Below are positions 58,087-64,000 of a stretch of 64,000 nucleotides of DNA, in pieces. The position numbers and the translations under genes are program-made. The notes under the pieces were generated by a model. That model had not been told where the DNA came from and did not search any database. It was given only the letters and a program-made list of their open reading frames with translations. The DNA comes from Lingula anatina (Eukaryota; Animalia; Brachiopoda), in the NCBI GenBank assembly GCA_051362555.1, contig CM120640.1:43688788-43752787 (forward strand), written 5' to 3'. Numbering within the stretch: position 1 is the first letter of the stretch; each line of letters begins with the position of its first letter.

Positions 58087-59143
58087 CATTTTCACACTGA
58101 ACTGCCTTTCAGCACCATTGCCCAGCATTCCCTTCAGATCAGTACTTGCCAAACAGATGCTGTGCCTTGATTTGAAGATGGGTGGGAACATTTAATATGG
58201 GCAGTGGACCATTCATATTTTAGTTGTCTGGTAATAAACAGTGTTTTTTCCCCTTAAATTGCTTGCAGAGCAGGGTACATTTCCTATGTATTTTATCCCA
58301 GGCATATGTGTCACAGCTGGTCACAGAGCTTTCTAGATGTCCATGATAAACATCTAGGCAGAGTGCAGCTGACGTGTATGGGCTGATTGATATTGGTCTA
58401 TTTTCTTTAAAATCCATTGCCATTGTTTTACATTTATTTATTCCTGCAATTATTGGTATTTTCATTATTTTTCTGCATTAGTTGTGAAAACTGACTTACA
58501 TGCATTGAGACCTGTCTTTTGAGTCAATTTTGTCTTTAGAATTGACCACAATAGAATCGTGATTAAATTATTATTGTTAACTGTTTACAGAGAGTTACAA
58601 TTGAGGATGCAAGTGATATTGCGGAAAAGCTCCAGGTGTCAGTTGTATTGGTGCAATATTAAGAACCCAGTTCGTTAAGTTATTTGTCAGCATTTAGCTT
58701 GGTACTTATTTTTATCACAGTTGATATGCAATATTTCAAGAAATTTTCAAGGGTGTCACATGGACAGTGATTTGATATCGATATGTGTGGGGAGCTATTT
58801 GCTGAGCGCTTCGATGATATTCACTAAGTGAACAACATGTGCCCTATGGGAAGTTCTTTGGAAGTTTTGCTCCCGTAGCCTTACGCGCCAAGGAGCTTAC
58901 CGTAGTGGAGCAAAGAGGCGTGGCTATATATATTTGAGATGTGTTCTTATGCTCGGTATCCAATGTTCCATCGAAAAAAGAACAACATGCATGTCTGTTG
59001 ACGTATTCAAGCCACAACTGGACGAACTAAAGACTAACTGGAAATTTTCCCAAATATTTCCTGTACATGCGAATTGTATTGTTGTACATTTCATTTGTAT
59101 TTCATAAGTTTTGTACAGATCCTATTGTACATAAAATTCTACG

Positions 59144-59149
59144 AATAAA
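59144..59149 (+). terminator. Likely CHD1 polyadenylation signal
   Basis: AATAAA preceded by several TGTA motifs, about 1.06 kb after the stop codon. Confidence 0.65.
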
Positions 59150-62100
59150 ATGCAGTATAAATTTATGAGTTACCATGCTTCTCCATTTACGATAAATATG
59201 TCTGACTCTTCATTTTCTCGGATTTCAATACCAAACGCCTCAAACATTTACTATTTATTAAAAGTGGAGTTCATTGTGTATTGAAGCATAAAAATTACTA
59301 GATGGGAATCCTAAACTGATAATAAATTGATTCGATTTTAACGGCAATTTAGTAGGAAGCACTTCTGCTGAATAAAAAAAAACGTGAATTATAACTATTT
59401 CTGTTGAATTGAGCCTGGTGATAAACGGAATTGAAAAAATAAAATTTGCTGATGTTGGGGAAGGCGGAGAGCTGTGACAAATTAGTTTTATCACAATGAC
59501 AAATGTGAAGGTATGGGCCATCGGAAATGTCAAGAATTGTGAGGTGTGGTTGATGACCAAATTCTTTTAACAAAGAAATGCATGTGGGTCACAAAACAAA
59601 CGGTTTGTCAAACGAGGGTGGTTGTTAAATAATGGATTACATAAATATCACATGAAATGTCGACATAAACCTCACAGAATATGCCATGCAAGGAGAACTC
59701 GTATTCTTCTTGGGGATTGTGGATCAAAAAATGCCCTGCCAATTATCTTATAATTAACTGCCACTCCTGCTTGCTGCACGGCCCGCAAAGCGACTCCCTG
59801 CTCTTCCCGCTGCAATAATCATGGTAATTATGTGCTCGGAACAACAAACACATTTGGCCTGCGTGGTTACCAGCAGTGTGCCCATGGGAGGACGAGTGTG
59901 TCGAGAATTGTTTAGAAAACAAGAACTCTCCCGATAATAGAGTCATACGATCCTATCCAAATAATACGGACTGACCAGCACCCGTCTTTTATTTCGTTTT
60001 CAGGAAATTCATCGCCTTCTGGCGAAAGATTAATTGACCTCCCAGACTTGAAAAAACACGGTCATATATGACTAGTTATGGAGGTTTAAACTGGTGTGGA
60101 TTAAGTGCATATTTCTGGAATGAAATCGCCTACTCTAGTGCTGTGAGATCTGTCAAAGTTAATTAAGAGAATAAAATCTCCATTTCAATATCATGCAAAT
60201 TATGCAACTAAAACCGAAAATTGTCCATATACTGGAATATTTGCGTGCATTGTGATTCTGGAACCATTGCTGCAAAGATCGTCAAGTCAGAACGAATGTA
60301 GGCATATTGCTAAGTGAGGAATGTTTATCATTTTCGGCAGCAAGCTTGCAGCCAGAAAAGTATCTCTTTAATTAATTCTTCCCTTTTGTCCGTGTCAATC
60401 AGCCATCTTGATGTGTGAAGTCTGTCTGCTTTATTTCAGAAAGCGCGGCGAGCAGCAACATTTTCCGTTCGGGCTAATGTTTCTTCTGTCGATCATCGCT
60501 GCGAGGGCAGAGCATCTCAGACATGTTAATCATTTCTTTTGTACGATGCGGGCTATGCTTTGTACCTGCCAACTTATACATTTTTGTCTTCTTCTCTCTG
60601 CATCCTGCCCATTCCAGAACTCGGCGAGAGGTGATCCGTAAAACCTGACGAAAAAAATGAGTCCTGGAAAAACAAAAAAGGGTGTTGTCCGGCGCATATA
60701 CCTCTCTGCTGATTGATCTTCCATACAGCGAAGGGTATCCTTAAACACGCAAAGCGTTTGTTAAAGAGATTGGACGCGTCCTATTTTACTTCAGTTCACA
60801 AGATTGGGGGTTAAGTTATTACAGTAATGAAAGTGTTGATACGTTAAACGTATGTCGATTCGTGCCAAAAGCAGCTGCAAAGTTCATCAATCTGGCTCAA
60901 TGGTATTTTGTTATATTACTGTTGGCACTTTTTCCCAGCGCCGGTTTGGCTTAAAAACAAGGCGAAAAGGGCGCTTCAGCTTGATGAATGCATTCAAATA
61001 GAACGACCCATGAATTTTGGTCGCAATTCTTTTGCTTACTAAAAAAAAAAAGACGGGATAGTACTGCAGTGTTGATTATCAAATATCAGACATGTTTTGA
61101 GCTGCTTTTGCTTGTTTTTACTATCAAGAATAGAAATAAACAAAAGACAGCGTGCTTTCAAGCAGTTGGTTGACAATATTACTCTAATCGACGATACCCT
61201 GTCAAAATAAAATAAGTAAATGAAATGAAGAAATTAATGACTGAAAAAAATTAATAAAAGGCAAAATGGACATTTGTTTCAAAAAGCTTAACCAGTGATA
61301 GCAATATTTTATCCAGTTTATTTTTCTTAATTTCAAAAGGATCATTGTACGACCAGAACGAGTGGTATCTACATGTTTATTGAGGTTGCACAGGCCGGTT
61401 GTCACAGGTGCAGACTGCTAACCAGAAAACGTACTCAGATTTCTTAACACACACCTGCAGTTCGCTCGCTCTTTTTTTTTCATAAAGCTAATCGATCTTT
61501 TTTTCTATCATTTCATGACACTTATTTCTGATATATGTTTTCTTCAAGTTATTATTCCCACGGTTTTAGAGGGAAGAACAACCAGATGTTGCTATGTGGA
61601 CCACGTCGCTATTTCCCGTCTTACTTGAAGCCTCGCGCTGGGTTGTCATTCAAAAGCAGCCGTGTGGTATTTAAAAATCTCAGTTTAGGCGACAGATTTT
61701 TTTCCTTTTCACAATACTTCATACGAGACTTTACTCCCCTTTTTATACCAATATTATATATAAAATTTGGCTGAAGTCAACTGAAAGTTTTCCGTTTCAT
61801 TACATAAACTCAAATGTTGAGTCTTCCTTTTTTTGATTCACCAGTAATCAGAAAAAAGTTCCTAGCAGCTAAATGTCTTACAGTTACACTGGCTGCTAAC
61901 TGAGACTTTTGATAATCTAAATGATTACACAACTGATGAAGCATTTCACTTAACGGTAGATAACGCATTGGTTATATTAAAAATATCAACCTCCACAATA
62001 CGACCTTAAACGTGCAAGATCCAGGTATTCTACGTTTATACATTAATTTGTTTGAAAATACACCGTAAAAATAGAAACGCTTTTGCTACAAGTAGGTTCT

Positions 62101-64000
62101 ACATGTAGTCACTGAATATAAACACATTAATCCCTCCTATCTATTCGTTCACACGCTTGTGAACAGAAATTAGCCAAATGTTTAAATAATTTTGCCTCAA
62201 TATATATTTGCCAGCACAGGCACCGCACACCTGAGCGAAAAACTTGAGAACAGCGGTGGGGAGGTTGTCCTAATTAGCATAGCAAATAAAACATTAACGT
62301 CTAATTGCCCATTAGCCCTTCCCATCATGACTTTAAGAGGTGATGCAGGTATTTCGCTCCACCCGTCACGGGCGGCTGGTCGACCGACCGACTGGTGTCT
62401 TGCTTGCTTCAAGAAAATCCAACTGAAACCCACTGAAAGGCATTTGATCCGCCTCGTAGCACCTCCGGTCCACCGCCTTGACAGCCGCCTCAAAAAAGTG
62501 TATTCATTGCGAGATTGACGTCGCAACATTTGAAACCGATGTCGGCGCGATAGGTCACACCTATGCGCTCGCTCAAGTGCGAGACGCTTTGATCCGCGTT
62601 CCGGGCTCATGATGACGAACGTAGTTAAAGGCCTAAAGGAAAAGACATACATGCATCCCTCTTTGTCGGTAGAGGATTTGATTATGTGTCCCCCAACCAT
62701 GAATTTCAAAGCCCACACTACAGCTCTCTGCCTTCAGAAAAACCTATGCATTGGCACGTCCCTGCTCCCAAGTAACGACTTGGAACACTAGCGCTTGATA
62801 CTCAATGTACCCTGTACACGACAACATGACGGCTGGAGACATTTCACACTCCAGTATACAGAGACAGTCGTCTATCCGCGGTGAAGTAATGTCGAGGGTG
62901 ATCTTTTGACACATTAAACAACTAAGCGGCGACAGAAGGATATTATTTATTGTGGTTATTTTTTGTTGGTAACAACTGATGATTCGTGGACCTATTTTGG
63001 TGTGTTTTGCTGCTGATTGCCGCTTTGAATATGTACATTATAAAGCAACTTTATACCCGCCTAAAGAAGTACACGTGAAAAAAAATCATGAAAGATAGGG
63101 GTCAAATAACTCGGGAGGGATGCAAAGTTGTTTGTAATACCACAGAACAACCTTTCTCGCCTCACGCACCTCTGTTGGCCAGTACCTAATCTGACGAACA
63201 AATAATCCGGTTTTTCGTTGGACACAGAAAGTAACAATACAGCACTCTGAATCTTCTCGGTTTGAAGAGGATTAAAGCCTGTGAGAGCTTCCAATTTGTA
63301 CTCATCGTGAGTGCAATCAGGCCGAAAAATATTGTCGCCGAACAATAGCGTATTGAACGAGGGACGGGGGAGAGAGGGGCCCATTGATTGCCAGTTCCCC
63401 TGGTGACTATTGGCACTTTATATCAGACATTGCTATTTATGTCAACATCCAGTGACACGTCGCCGTGTACACAAACGGGGCACTTTTCACACCTGGGTCT
63501 CACCTGCTCAAACATAAGCAAATTAACTATTTAATTGCCTCCTTCATAAGCATACTTGGCGCAGCTCCCTTGACTAATGTCTCCCTAACCCCTAATGAAC
63601 TCTCGACAGCTCGTTGTGGTTCTGCTGGCACTGATTTCATTTGTCCAAAATCCCCCAAGGGCATGCAGACCTCTTTTTTCTACTTTGCCTACTTATATTT
63701 TCATGCCAAACGTTCTTTGAATAATAAAGGGGTAATTTTCACGTTGAGTTGCTGCAAGTTGAATGCAGACTTCCGTCGAGTTGACGCTTTTTAAATCAAA
63801 CTATTTCTTTCTCGTGTTTACTTAAATGCAAAGTCTACGCGTCCCAAGGGACTTAGTAAAATATTTGGCCTGTATTTCACACCTAACTCCACAGTGTGCC
63901 AGAGCAAAGCATAAACGCCTTCAGTCATACCAAATCATAAACAACCGTCGACATAACAAGAATGTATTTTACGCCTCTAACAATTTGACCCGGGATATAT

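Noticed and set aside
62197-62718. 173-aa minus-strand ORF, considered as an RGM exon given the vertebrate CHD1/2-RGM linkage
   Set aside because: No RGM motifs or cysteine pattern; probably a chance ORF in GC-richer sequence.

Overview
AT-rich eukaryotic DNA from an invertebrate animal with spliceosomal GT-AG introns. An intact FoxAB gene, an astacin-EGF-CUB gene and mosaic CpG depletion point to a non-vertebrate, probably lophotrochozoan, genome; the species cannot be determined. In order, the window holds: a decayed tandem astacin copy cut off by a Tc1 remnant (1-1300); a 10-exon astacin-EGF-CUB metalloprotease (+) followed by orphaned, partly decayed EGF and MAM exons; an intronless orphan class A GPCR (-); a 4-exon secreted SOUL/HEBP2-family gene (-); a Tc1 transposase pseudogene; intronless FoxAB (-); a LINE 3' remnant; a complete multi-exon CHD1/2 chromatin remodeller (+, about 39.0-58.1 kb); and a non-coding tail. 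Several MITEs have clear TIRs and TSDs. The most intriguing unexplained signals are inside CHD1. One is a triplicated GGGACCC(A/T)TTTTTGCT element in the first coding intron, two copies of which form 46-nt AG...GTAT-bounded candidate poison exons. The other is a 48-nt AT-hook cassette exon followed by four TGCATG (Rbfox) motifs. All exon coordinates were read by eye and need RNA-seq confirmation.
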